Shown piece after piece: positions 24,073-36,994 of a stretch of DNA of 43,502 bases; the stretch's first letter is position 1; every line of letters begins with the position of its first letter. A model generated the notes under the pieces. It saw nothing but the letters and a program-made list of their open reading frames with translations, had not been told where the DNA came from and did no database searches. The stretch is from contig NC_068981.1 in the NCBI RefSeq assembly GCF_001194135.2, positions 69,538,371 to 69,581,872 of the forward strand, written 5' to 3'. Both the position numbers and the translations under genes were made by a program. The stretch is from Octopus bimaculoides (lineage: Eukaryota).

Positions 24073-24398
24073 ACACACACATACACACACGCACACACAC
24101 AGATACGAGACACATACAGACACAGAAACACGCACACACATCTATATATACATGGATATGCGTGTGTGTTCATAAATATGAACCTGTGTGTTTATGTATG
24201 TTTATGTATGTATATGTATGTAGGTGCGAATACATCTCTTACATGAGTGTGGGTGTATATTTTGAAGTGACTGTAAATGTTCATATGTTGGTATGTATAT
24301 ATATAGAGAGAGAGGGAGAGAGGGGAAAGGAGAGAGGGAGAAGGAGAGAGGGAGAAGGAGAGAGGGAGAAGGAGAGAGGAAGAGAGAAAGAGTTTCTT

Positions 24399-24500
24399 TG
24401 TTTTTATAGGCGAATAATGCACGTGGGTCTACCTTTGGGTATATATGTATGTTTTTATAGGCGAATAATGCACGTGGGTCTACCTATGGGCATATATGTA
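24399..24500. repeat. 51 bp tandem duplication
   Basis: tgtttttataggcgaataatgcacgtgggtctacct(t/a)tggg(t/c)atatatgta occurs twice in tandem. Confidence 0.9.
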
Positions 24501-25559
24501 TATATACCCATGCATATATCACTATGTGCGCATATACTTACATACGTACCTGATTGTATGTGGGAATGTACATCAAAGCGTATTGTGTGCATGAAATATA
24601 CTTGCAAAAATTACAACCACGGATTTCTTCAAAGAACTCTGGTATTTCGCAACTTTAAGTCTATGATCTAAAAGCAATGTACAATACTTATATGGAAAGC
24701 CCAAGCGTTAAATACCCTTTCATTGAAACAATGGGAGGGTATTTAAGTGGTTTTTAGAATTAATAAATATACCAACCACATATTTCTCAAATCACACAAT
24801 TCTTTTCTTACAAGGACTTACACGTTGATAATTTAGTCCACTACCGGATCAGACATGAATTTCATGGTTGGAAAGCATTTTATGAGATGTTAATTTAATT
24901 AGGGTGACCTGCGGTTAAATTAGACAATCACAATAACAATCCTATCGCCAAATAATTATCAGAGACCAAAGTCAAAGAATATGGTGATTGCTGAATTAAT
25001 TTTAATATCATCATCAAAATATCTAATCGATAATGAGGGAAAACCAGACATTATTCGGTAAATTTTCTTCCTCAACAAACAACAATTAACAACTAGCGAT
25101 AAAATCATTTCGTACCTGTGATAAAAACTGGAACGAACTAAAAGGTCGATACGCTGCGGAGATGTATTGTTCTTGTAATAGCAAATTACAGAAAAAAATT
25201 ACAGTAGTAACTAAATGGTGAGTCGGTATAACGTTATTGTGCTGCCATTTTTCTTGACCTAGATATCATTAAAACAAGCAACTTTATCGTTAAATCTACG
25301 ACCCCAGTTGACCTGAAGGATCGGAATGGTAACTTACATATTAAGTAATTTTCACTTATTTATCTAAAGATATCTTATAAGGCTAAAATATCATGCACTT
25401 ATAGGCAAATTTACTTGAGATACCAATACTAAAATTTCACATGAAGTCGATATTAAATGATCAAAGTCCATTAATAGTAAAATAGCTAATTACGGGATAA
25501 AAAGCAGAAGATATAAATTAAATTGATTATGGCTAGTATCGCACCAGCGACGTTTAGCA

Positions 25560-27600
25560 TATCATCGATTGAAAGTGTTTAATAGTTTATCTTTCATATT
25601 ACCTAATAGCAGAACTATATAATGCCTGCTAAGGTGATGAGGAATGTGAGAATAAAACTCGAGATGGCAGACGTTACGAAAGTCTTTGTTTAAGGTTTGA
25701 ACACAATTCTCAACCTCAGCTTTTTCAGACAATCTGGGTAGCAATCAACATCGAATGCCAAATAGCAAACTTCTCAAACTTACAACAACAAAAGTGTGTT
25801 CATGTTGTTGGATACATTTGTTTCGGGTGGATCTTCAAAGGCAAGATTTTCTGAAGAACTACCGAAATTTTATTAGTAGCTTATTATGCCATCAATTTTA
25901 TCGAAAAATTTTCCTGTGTGCTCAATATATTTTCCTTTCCATGGTCTAAATATTTTGGGATAATGATAACATTTATTTCGTCAGTTGCAATGGCAAGTGA
26001 TTGATATGTTCGACATGGTTTTACTGCCAAATTTATATCAGATTATATTTATGGCTTTTTGATCGGTAGACGTAGAAGTAGCAGCATCTATGACTCGTTT
26101 ATACCATTTCTGCCATACCACAATAAACTTCACGTAATTCTATCAAACTTTTATATTGTGAAATTTTAGAAATAATTATTCTTGAAAAATTTGAGTGCAA
26201 AATTATCTTCGTCTTCATGATATAGATTTTTTTCGGCCAAATCTTATCGACGAATTGTCTAATATGAATAAAATCGATATCAGACTTCATGGCCAATTCT
26301 TTTTCTCTTCTTTTCTTTTTAACCGTTTACTAGCAGTTCATCAAAATTTCTATTAATGATTTGATGTCTTTCGAATCCAGACAGTATATGCTTTTGTCGT
26401 TATTGTAACCATGCCTAGTTGAGGAACTTATGCACCAGCATTTTCGTGAATATTTATATAGAGTGACATTTATACGATTTCAATGATTTAGTCCAACACT
26501 GCCGTCGTAGGTATGCAATGTAACAGTATAATAACTTTTATTGAACACATATGTATTAGAGACGTGATCGGTAATTAATTCGAAACATCGTATGTAACAG
26601 AACTGATTGTCACGAAGATTTCCGAATATAATGCATAATCAGTATTCAGTTGTTTACAAACATCGCCGTTGATGTTCATGTTTCTGATACTTGAAACCAT
26701 GGATATTCAATACCATTTTCAAGTTGTGATATAGCCCGGCCGAAAATTACTGGAGAAGTATCTACTATCAAAATTAATGACATATTTTCATAGTAATGAC
26801 TAAAGTGTGAGGTCTCAGTTAATTCTATTGTCAACTCCTTAAGACATTGTTTAATTATCTCCCCATTTGAATGCTATTCCATCTTTATGTATATCGCGGC
26901 AAGGTTTGCCATGTTCTTAATAAATGTACAATGGTATTTGACTTTCGAAATAAAACATGCTAATAGTCAATTACGATATTTGAATTGGTAATGATTTAGT
27001 TGTAGTCTGTTTCCTAAAGAATATATTTTGCAAAATATGTTAATAGTGTGCGCAAAAGTCATAGATCTTTTAATTTTATTTTGAGCTGCAGTCCAGTAAC
27101 TGTTTAAATATTAATTTAGATTATTCAGAGGTTAGTGAACTGGCGTTTTGGTAAAACGGCATCAACATACTTTATGCCTTATTACAGTATTGTTTATTTA
27201 TCCGACTACAATTAAAGCTATCATCTATATATTTAGCTTATTTCTTTAGTGCAGCGAAAGATAATTATTTTCACTTCTATTATTTTGATCGCTAAATGCG
27301 TGCATTTTATTCTACTTACGTTGAAGTCCTATCCAGCAGATCATGGAATAGTTCAACACAGTCGGCTATTGGCATGGTTTTCTCGCAGATATGTATGTTT
27401 ATTTTCCCGTTAAAAGGACTACAGATTTGAAACTTGCCATTCCGTCTTGAAATTGCCTGGTTAGGCGAATTCCGGTTTAGTAATATGTTGCTTCCAATAA
27501 TCTATGAAGGATTTATGTTCCTTTTGAGTCCTTTCGAATTGGCAGCCCCATCAGACTTGATGTTTTGGTCCCACATTCACTGAATGTGATGTACATGGCT
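25560..27600 (-). mobile_element. Very old Ty3/Gypsy pol remnant (RT, RNase H, integrase)
   Basis: In domain order on the minus strand: NGKFQICSPFNGKIN, YIDD (27221-27232), AFKWG, LILIVDTSP..GRAISQLENGIEYP, RCFELITDH, HENAG, ELREVYCG, VKPC..YQ, RPW, PPETNVSNN, P..SEKAE..CVQTL and IPH. Many stops and frameshifts. Confidence 0.75.
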
Positions 27601-30600
27601 CAAGGTACGTCTATCTGCGATTCATTGCAGATGCGTGAAGGAACCGATCCTTTTATGAAATAAATGGCAAAAGAAATCGGAAAATAGTTTGTCTATGTCA
27701 ATGTGAAGCTCAAAACCATAATGGTGAAAGCGCTGTGAATCAACACAAAGAACCTCGAAAGCAAGACCTACATCCATTGAAGCTGTTGCGAGTTGTCTTA
27801 TGAAGATTCGTCTATGTGGCTGTGAAAGCTGGTTGAGTTAATGAATGCAAATATATACATTTGGTTGCGTAAAGTAGTAACCGAACAAGACCCTGGAACA
27901 TTTAACTGAATATAAACTCTTTTGACTTTTGACAGTTAACAGCAGACTTTTGACAGTTAACACGTATCCAGGGATTCGGTTTCGAATCACTGCTACAAAG
28001 ATTATGCTTTCTATTGGGCGAATTGGAAGAGTTTTTTTTCTTTTACTCGCTTCTCCCCACAAGATCAACATTTGTGATGCGTACTGTAACCAACTGGAAT
28101 GATCCACCAGAAGCTTCCAGAACTTGCTAATCGTACGTACATTGTCTTTCATCGCATTAATGTCAGACCGCTCACTGCTTTACGGACGCAGATGACGATG
28201 CCGTGACTTGGTTGTGAATTTTTTTGCTTCCCCTTCCATATTCGGCCGAACTTGCGTCTTAATTCTCTTCAAAATTCATTGAATGGACAGAGATTCAGCT
28301 CTGGAGAGATTGTAGAGATTCACCTGGAATATTTCTTGGCCACGGAATAGATGATCTTCTCATAAGATACTGAATATAAATGGCAATGCTATCATTGATT
28401 GAATAAGTCGTTTCATGCTTTAAACTTATGACTTATTATGCTTCAACAACGTGAACGGACATTCCAGCCAACACAATACAATGTTCATATAGCTACAACA
28501 GTGAATACATACAATAATTACAAAAAAATCTAAATATATAAATCATTATATCTTGTTTTAATTTATCCTAATTCACATTATTTTCATCACTATATTTATC
28601 ATTCTTTTCATCTTAATTATGATATTTTCCTGTTTTTATTACCATGTCCTACTCAATGCCGTCTTAAAATCCGATCGCTAAAAGTTAATTCGGAAAAGGT
28701 TTTTCGGTCCTGGCATAGAAGGAGGAGCAGAACACATATTACTGTATCTGGTGATGATTGATCATTATGCATTCATGTGTGTATAATTATATCCGTGACT
28801 ATAAAGCTTCCTTCAATAGTTATTCCCTTTGCATGTTAGGCCGATCAATGATGGGACTATACAAGACACATTATACATTTTCATACAAAATGTGCAGATT
28901 TTAGTCAAAATTAAAACTTCATTACCAAAGAGAAAACGGTTACTATACATACACACACACACACACACGTATATATATGCTTATATGACGTGTGTGCGTG
29001 TGTGTAACATACACAGATACACAAGCACACATATGTCAATGTGTGTCCTTCAAATGACTGGGACAACTGGGTAGGACCCAGTGTTGTGTTTCAATTTTTA
29101 ACGTATTTCAATCTCTACCTGTAGAAATACATTGGGATGCAGGGGAATACTGACATCTTGCTTCTTTGTGACTAGAGTTTAAGTAGATATAAAATATGTT
29201 AACTGAAGCATCACGTGAGACAAGGAGAAAAGCTATACATTGAATTTAAGTCGGGCGTGGAACCTCTCGCAAATTACCATAAATTATGCAGATATTTATG
29301 CATTTGAGACAGCAAATTCATTGATAATTTATGAAGAATCAGTATTGATGTATTGTACCAGTAGCTGAAGTTTAGAAGTCAAATTAATGATGTAATTTTG
29401 ATGAAGTGCAGAATGTTTTCTGTAAAAAGATATATGAAAGGGGGTGCTGATATGGTCGTTATAGGGGTTGGACATTATCAAAGCTGAACATTTTTTTCTA
29501 ATATCAGAGGAAATGCTTTCCATTGGAACAAGTTTCTTCATGAGTAATCATCAGAAATTAGGAAACTTAAAATTTATAGAGTTGCGAGTTTATTCACCTA
29601 ATGTGTTTAGATACTGTAAATTTATTCATTTGAAAGACGGTACATTAGCAATTTTGTACTGGTGGATCCTTTTGCGTTTTATGTTAATTAAACGTAGGAA
29701 ATTCTAGCTTGGTTTGTCTACAAAATGAATATATGTGCAGAATTTTAAATCACGATAAAGACGGATATCCAATGCTTTGGTATATACTATAGGCATTCCA
29801 TAAATGAACACAAATTGAGGCGTATATTAATTTGATGTGAGAAGAGGGTTGACAAATACTGTTTAGATTGAACAGCAGAGTTTTAAAGGGGTGGGATGAA
29901 GATGTTATAGAGAACCTGCAATGCAGCAGTATCATAGAAAATTTATAATCTAATACATTGAGACAAACGAAGCACATAACAGGTAAACGAACTCAGTTAT
30001 TGATGCTGTCATAAATAACAGTATTGCTTCGATCGAAGATTTGAATACGAAGTATGACAAGTGCGTAGGCAAAGTGGGAAAGCATTAAACATACTATACG
30101 CTGCTGAGAAGAAAGAGTGAACTGAGCGAGATGAATGAGGTGGTGGCTAAGAGTTTCAAATGTTGGAATGTTGATGACAGCTGAGTACTTCAGAGATTGA
30201 TATTTGTGTGCTTAAGATACAATGCCACGTGTTTCTATAGTTTGTGATAGATACATAATGGGAGAAATTTAGTTTAGTGACTATAGCTCTGGAGCTCAAT
30301 GATTAATAGTATAGGCAGTAAAACGTCGTAACTACTTACCTTGCTCGCTTGACGACCTCATCAATAAATTGTCCCAATAGGTTATTGTTTGTACGTAAGT
30401 AAGAGGCAATACGTATTGAAATAATTTCGTTTTGGTTGGAATTATCATGTGTAATGTTGAATAACAATCAGATTTGCATTAAATATGATGATTTTGTTGT
30501 ATGACAGCTACATACAAAAGTATAAATACAAGAAGCCAGAATGTTTTCAATAAAATGTAGCTTTACCATAGTATGAATATATATGGTAAAGCCATGATTG

Positions 30601-30979
30601 ACAGAGGTGGAGAGAAACACAGATGGGTTGCAAGAAAAAAGGCCATATATGCTACAAACATAAATTAAGCACACAAGTGAATGAGGTTAGTAACTGAAAT
30701 CACTAAGTATGAGTATGATAAATGAAGTATCTAGTAATATTCGTATTCATTTAAGACTTCTAATTTTTGCAATGTGTATAGGTAAGAGTTTGTAACGTTT
30801 ATGCTGGAATAATTATTTATATTTTGATGTATCTGGATGTAACTATAAGGGAAATTATTTGATAAATGTTGTAGTCGATCAGCCACAACCCAGCCGAGGT
30901 CAAGTAGGCATAATATAAATGTCATTCGTTCATTATTTACAATTAGCGGATAATTGTCCACAACCTGGTTGTTGTTGTT

Positions 30980-31025
30980 AACACAACGTTTCGGCTGACA
31001 AATCCTCTAGCTTTCAGCAGGTGTC
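30980..31025 (-). ncRNA. Degenerate minimal hammerhead motif in the left PLE terminal repeat
   Basis: GACAC-CUGCUGA-A-agcua..cagcc-GAAA-CGU-U-GUGUU. Stem I and the GUU site are intact; core A6 is mutated and stem II is mismatched. Confidence 0.6.
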
Positions 31026-31075
31026 TTGGTGAAATTTCGAACCTGGGCTCTCATTCCTAAGGTATTTTTCGATGT

Positions 31076-31111
31076 TGTTGTTATTATTATCATCATCATC
31101 ATCATCATCAA

Positions 31112-31143
<32 letters not shown>

Positions 31144-31173
31144 ACATCATTATTATTATCATTATTATTATCA

Positions 31174-31237
<64 letters not shown>

Positions 31238-31238
31238 T
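31076..31238. repeat. Compound (TTG)/(CAT)/(TAT)n microsatellite inside the PLE terminal repeat, continuing at 31980-32084
   Basis: Directly visible. Confidence 0.95.
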
Positions 31239-31998
31239 TATGTTTGACTTTTGTTTTGNNNNNNNNNNNNNNNNNNNNNNNNNNNNNNNNNNNNNNNNNN
31301 NNNNNNNNNNNNNNNNNNNNNNNNNNNNNNNNNNNNNNNNNNNNNNNNNNNNNNNNNNNNNNNNNNNNNNNNNNNNNNNNNNNNNNNNNNNNNNNNNNNN
31401 NNNNNNNNNNNNNNNNNNNNNNNNNNNNNNNNNNNNNNNNNNNNNNNNNNNNNNNNNNNNNNNNNNNNNNNNNNNNNNNNNNNNNNNNNNNNNNNNNNNN
31501 NNNNNNNNNNNNNNNNNNNNNNNNNNNNNNNNNNNNNNNNNNNNNNNNNNNNNNNNNNNNNNNNNNNNNNNNNNNNNNNNNNNNNNNNNNNNNNNNNNNN
31601 NNNNNNNNNNNNNNNNNNNNNNNNNNNNNNNNNNNNNNNNNNNNNNNNNNNNNNNNNNNNNNNNNNNNNNNNNNNNNNNNNNNNNNNNNNNNNNNNNNNN
31701 NNNNNNNNNNNNNNNNNNNNNNNNNNNNNNNNNNNNNNNNNNNNNNNNNNNNNNNNNNNNNNNNNNNNNNNNNNNNNNNNNNNNNNNNNNNNNNNNNNNN
31801 NNNNNNNNNNNNNNNNNCTTGGGGTGGTTTGTGTTCCCACTAGTTTTTATCATGGGGCAAGTCCAGGTTTTTGGACATTACCCAGTGAATATATTGTGCA
31901 GCTCTATCATGCCTGCTGAGATACTCTGTAGGCGCAAGCAGACTGCACATGGAGACAACATGATCGATGGTCTCATTTTGTTATCATTATTATTTTTA

Positions 31999-32088
<90 letters not shown>

Positions 32089-34993
32089 TCACTGCCTGGA
32101 ATCTTGGGGTTAGTAGCCCACGCTCTTAAACACTACACCATATGCCCTCGGGCAATTATGGATTGAATTTAGGGCTTCTAAATCTAATATTCTCCTATCC
32201 TTCCTTAATACCGGTTCACATATGCTGTTCATATTTGCGCTCGGTCTGCTTAGGAGGTTGTTGCGTCCCAGCATATGTGCTGCTTCTTTGAGTTTTCGTA
32301 TTTTCCAGTGGTGTTCTCTGTCTATTATTTTAACTTCACCCCACAGGGGGAGGTGATCTCCATTTTTACATACTTGATCGGCTATACCCGATTTATCAAT
32401 ATGTCCAAGTGTCACAGCTTTGCGATGTTCCTCTACCCTTATTTAGGGAGGAAGGCATGTTTCACTGCTGTATAATCTACCACAGCTGCATGGAATGTAG
32501 TACACGTAGTTTTTGGTCATATTCTCTTCTCGTGGTGGTTTTACTCGAATGAGATATTTGCAAGGTGTTGTAATACTGTTCAATAATGTCCTGATGCCAT
32601 ATGAGCCGCATATCTTTTCTATTGTTTCGGAAAGGCCTTTCACATAAGGTAGACAGACTGTGGACAGTTTATTGGCTTCATCCCCTCTTTTCTTCCTAAT
32701 TGGAGTGGAGAGTATGCTTTTGAAGTAGTTGTTGCTTAATAGATTGTTATTGAGCTTGATCACTTCTTCGTGGTGTGTATCACGATCACTACTTATATTG
32801 ATTGCTGGATAATTTAAGTACTAAGTAATCCCTCTCTTTACACTGTATGAATGATGAGACTTGAAATTGAGGTATCGTCCAGTAAAGGTCGGCTTGCGGT
32901 ATACGGATGTCCTGAATCCTTACTTGATGCGTGAAATTAACATGTCCTGGAATGCTAGCTGATTGTCTTTATCTTTTTCCATTGTGAACTGTATGGATGG
33001 TTTTATTGAGTTCACATGATCGAACAGCACTTCGACATCTTCCTGGTATGGCACGAATATGAAAGTTTCATCAACAAATCGCATCCATATTGTTGGTTGT
33101 AGTGGTGTTGATCCTAAAGTCAAATTCTCAAAGTATTCCATGTATATTTTGGCTATTAGCGGTGATAATGGCGAACCCATAGCTAAAGACTCTTCTTGTC
33201 GATATATATCAGTGTCCATACTGAAGTAGGTAGTTTCTACATAGAAGGTCAACATTTCCATCAAGTTTCTCATTGGTATACTAGTGTGTTCTTTTAGATG
33301 GGTGTCTCACTATTTTTTATTGAATCACCGATAGTGCTTAACCAGGAGAAAAGGAAAATGCTACAGTGGTGATGAACAAGTCTGACTACTCGGAAAAACT
33401 GACATGTCTTTTAAGTGATGGTAGCTTCAGCAAAGTAAAGAAATACCCTACTTTGAAATCAGAGAGGAAGTTGTCACAGATCTTGATCAAGAACAAGAAT
33501 CACTTTACATCAAGGAATTACAGACAGCTGACTCAACACTACAGTAAACTACCACACATGTACGTCTTCGTAAGATTCACAAGGATGGTATTCCATTAAG
33601 ACCAATATCGAGCTGTAGAGGTTCAGCATGTCATCCATGGAGCTCCTTCTTTTTGGATATAATCGGTCCATTAGCAGGAAAGTCAAAATCGTACGTGAAG
33701 AATTCCACCCACTACACAGAATTGATCAAGAATACCATCATTTAATCCAACCAGATGGTGAGTCTAGATGTGAGACGTCTGTTCACCAACGTCCTAGCTG
33801 GTGACGCACTATCGGTGACTCAAGAAAAAAACTAGTGACAGACACCCATCTAAAAGAACGCACTAGTATACGAATAAGAAACTTGATGGCAATGTTGACC
33901 TTCTATGTAGACACTACCTACTTCAGTATGGATACTGATATTTATCGACAAGAAGAGGGTTTAGCTATGGGTTCGCCATTATCACCGATAATAGGCAATA
34001 TATACGTGGAATACTTTGAGAATTTGGCATTAGGATCAACACCACTAAAATCAACACTATGGATGCGATATGTTCATGACACCTTCATAATCTGTCCCCA
34101 CAAGGAAGATGTCGAAATGCTGTTCGATCATGTGAACTCAATAAAGCCATCCATACAGTTCTCAATGGAAAAGACAAAAAATGACAATCAGCTAGCATTC
34201 CTGGACGTATTAATAACATATACCAAGTATGGATTCAAGACATCCGTATCCCGCAAGCTGACCCTCACTGGACGATACCTCAGCAACACCTCCCACCATC
34301 CATACAGTTAAAGAAAGGGATTACTCAGTACTTAAAACATCGAGCAATGAATATAAGTAGCGATCGTCATACACACCACGAAGGAGTGATCAAGCTTAGT
34401 AACAATCTATTAAGCAACAACTACTCCAAAAGCATACTCTCCACTCCAATTAGGAAGAAAAGAGAGGATGAAGCCGATAAACTGTCCACTGTTTGTCTAT
34501 ATTATGTGAAAAGCCTCTCCGAAAAAAATGCAAAAGATATGCCGTCAGGACAGTATTTTAAGGTATTCCAACACTTCGCAAATATCTCATTCGAGTAAAA
34601 CTACCAATAGAAGAGAATATGACTAAGAACTGCGTGTACTCCATTCCATGCAGCTGTAGTAGATTATACAACGGCAAAACATGCCCTCTTCCCTAAATAA
34701 AGGTAGAGGAACATCGCGAAGCTGTGACACTTGGACATATTGATAAATCGTGTATAGCTGATGAAGTATGTAAAAATGGAGATCACCTCCCCCTGTGGGG
34801 TGAAGTTAAAATAATAGACAGAGAACACCACTGGAAAATACGAAAACTCAAAGAAGCAGCACATAGGCTAGGACACAACAATCTCCTAAGCAGACCGAGT
34901 GCAGATATGAACAGCATATGGGAACCGGTATTAAGGAAGGATAGGAGAATATTAGATTTAGAAGTCCTAAATTTCACTCCATAATTGCCCACG

Positions 34994-35062
34994 GGCATAT
35001 GGTGTAGTGTTTAAAAGCGCGGTATACTAACCCCAAGATTTTGAGTTCGGTTCCAGACAGTG
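34994..35062 (+). promoter_or_regulatory. tRNA-like head (putative Pol III A/B boxes) immediately after the PLE ORF stop
   Basis: ggcatatggtgtagtgtttaaaagcgcggtatactaaccccaagattttgagttcggttcc contains an A-box-like TGGTGTAGTG and a B-box-like GAGTTCGGTTCC. Related copies show an anticodon-like arm gcggg-CTACTAA-ccc. Confidence 0.65.
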
Positions 35063-35154
35063 ATCATAATAATGATAATAATAATAATAATAATAATAAC
35101 AACAACATCGAAAAATACCTTAGGAATGAGAGCCCAGGTTCGAAATTCCCCCAA

Positions 35155-35197
35155 GACACCTGATGAAGGCTGGAGGCTATATCAGCCGAAACGTGTT
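35155..35197 (+). ncRNA. Minimal hammerhead motif in the right PLE terminal repeat, probably inactivated
   Basis: GACAC-CUGAUGA-A-GGCUG(gaggcuauau)CAGCC-GAAA-CGUGUU. The core and stem II are perfect, but 3 nt around the cleavage site are missing relative to the other copies (gaaacgttgtgtt). Confidence 0.7.
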
Positions 35198-36021
35198 AAC
35201 AACAATGCAGATGAGGACGAATATGCATCAATTGTAAATAGTGTAAATAATGTACATAATTCCACATCTCTTGAATATAGAACTGCGCCATTGAATCAAT
35301 TGCTACTTAATTTTTTTTTCTTCTAATTTATTAGCAAACACATTATTCGGCTCACACTTTCTGTAGTTGACGGGCGTTGGATATGAATTTTTCATACCTG
35401 TTTATACGAGTGCAATAAAGCCGCATAGAAATTCATAATTGATATGAAGCCTAAGGAAACTCTATTGGCTGAAATCAGTAAATTGCATTTTAGAATGAAA
35501 GCATAATATAGTGTGTAACCTAGTGTGCACATGGGTCAAATGCTAAATATTGTAAGATTTCATCCTTAAACATAAATATTTCTCACTGTTGCTATGTTGC
35601 TACAAGTCTTTAGCTTCTAAATATATTGCTAATGGTTATAATCAAAAGCGTTGAAATACTAACAAAACTGTCTCTTCTTAGTGATAAAAACTCTTTACCT
35701 ACATAAAACTGAATGCCATTCTGCTCAACACTAATATGCTGACACAGATTTGCAGCTCTGTCAAGCGTGTTGTGGTTTCAAGTGTATAGACTGTCGCACA
35801 TCGAGGGAAAATTTAGGAATTTCAAACCGATTACTGAAAATTTATTCCACCGGCGAAAATAATTCGTTTCAATTTCTGATGACCAGTTGAAGAGTTTCGG
35901 CTACAAAAAAAAAATATATTTATATATATAAATAATACAACAGACAGTCATTTTGCATCTGTATACACACACGCACACACACACGCGCACACACACACAC
36001 ACACACACACATACACACATA

Positions 36022-36920
36022 TTGCGTCAGTAAGAAAGTAATTTCGTGTTTTTAGTGTGAAATAAGTCATTTTTATTCATACAAAGAATGAATTATATAT
36101 TTTTCATTTTGTTCGATGAGCTTTTGACCTTTATCTGCAGGGTTCATGATTCTACGCTCATGGAACATCTGGTTCTTATTAGCCAGAAAGTGAAGCAAAT
36201 ACTATTTCAGGTCATCCCCTTATGAAATTAGCTTCTGGAGACATTTCACTCAAAAGAGAAAAACGTTCTGGTCGACATACTGAAGTTGATGACAGCCGAA
36301 TGAAAGCCATAATTCAACCTAATTGTCATATAACTGCGCGAGAGATTTCAGAGATGTTAAATGTATCTCATACAGCAATTAAAAATCATTTCAGATATAT
36401 TGGACCTTTTAAGAAGCTCGATATTTTGTTTCCATATAAATTGAAAGAGATTCACGTGACACAACAAATCAATATGTGCCATATGCATCTCACACGCAAT
36501 GAAATCAATTTTTGTTTGAAACGAATCATCCCCCGTTATTGTCTACAATAACTCGAAAACAATCAATGTTCAAGCGTAATGAACCAGCACAAACCACATC
36601 GAAAACGGAATTGCATCAAAATGAACTATATGCTGTCAATTTGGTGGGATTAAGAAGGTGCTGTGTATTTTGAGCTGCTTCAAGCGAACCAAACGATTAA
36701 TTCAGATGTTTTCTGTCAACAACTAATGAAACTGTAAGAAGCAATAAAAAAAAACCGGCCAGGATTAACAAATCGTAAAAGAATCATGTTCCACAGACAT
36801 ATTTCCTAACTAGTGACATATTATTGGAGCTTGGTTGGGAAGTTATGTCTCATTCACCATATAGCCCTGACCTTGCACCATCAGATTACCATTCATTTCG
36901 AAGTTTGCAAAATTCTTTGA
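36022..36920. mobile_element. Hsmar1-like mariner remnant with an internal inversion
   Basis: 36222-36920 (+) gives SGDISLKREKRSGRHTEVDD, REISEMLNVSH and PYSPDLAPSDYHSFRSLQNSLN. 36022-36220 (-) gives the C-terminus DDLK*YL..FLANKNQMFHE..IM....QKLIEQN and the terminal repeat. Confidence 0.85.
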
Positions 36921-36994
36921 ATGTGTGTGTGTATGAGTGTGTGTGTCTGTGTATAAGAATGTGTACATTATATCACTTCAAAAAACATAAACAT

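Larger units (their letters stand above)
30960..33336 (-). mobile_element. Penelope/Poseidon-type PLE, left inverted arm (5'-truncated RT, GIY-YIG, terminal repeat)
   Basis: SLAMGSPLSPLIAKIYMEYFE, WMRFVDETF, SIQFTMEKDKDNQLAFQD, VCLPYVKGLSE, YVYYIPCSCGRLYSSET and IDREHHWKIRKLKEAAH. These are followed by the tRNA-like head, (AAT)n and the hammerhead region, with a gap at 31259-31817. Confidence 0.92.
33337..35280 (+). mobile_element. Penelope/Poseidon-type PLE, right arm (RT, GIY-YIG, terminal repeat), pseudogenised
   Basis: NATVVMNKSDY, KIHKDGIPLRPI, SLDVRRLFTNV, GLAMGSPLSPIIGNIYVEYFE, RYVHDTF (from YVDD), IQFSMEK..NQLAFLDVLI, CVYSIPCSC and IDREHHWKIRKLKEAAH. The ORF ends at 34984. Several frameshifts and stops. 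Confidence 0.95.

Noticed and set aside
25633-26169. 179-codon plus-strand frame with only two internal stops, both TGA (possible selenoprotein or code-4 gene)
   Set aside because: It lies antisense to the decayed Gypsy integrase on the minus strand, uses TGG for Trp, and has no start or recognisable homology.
29532-29554. CUGAUGA...GAAAC on the minus strand
   Set aside because: Stem II has only two pairs and there is no stem I, so it is probably a chance match.
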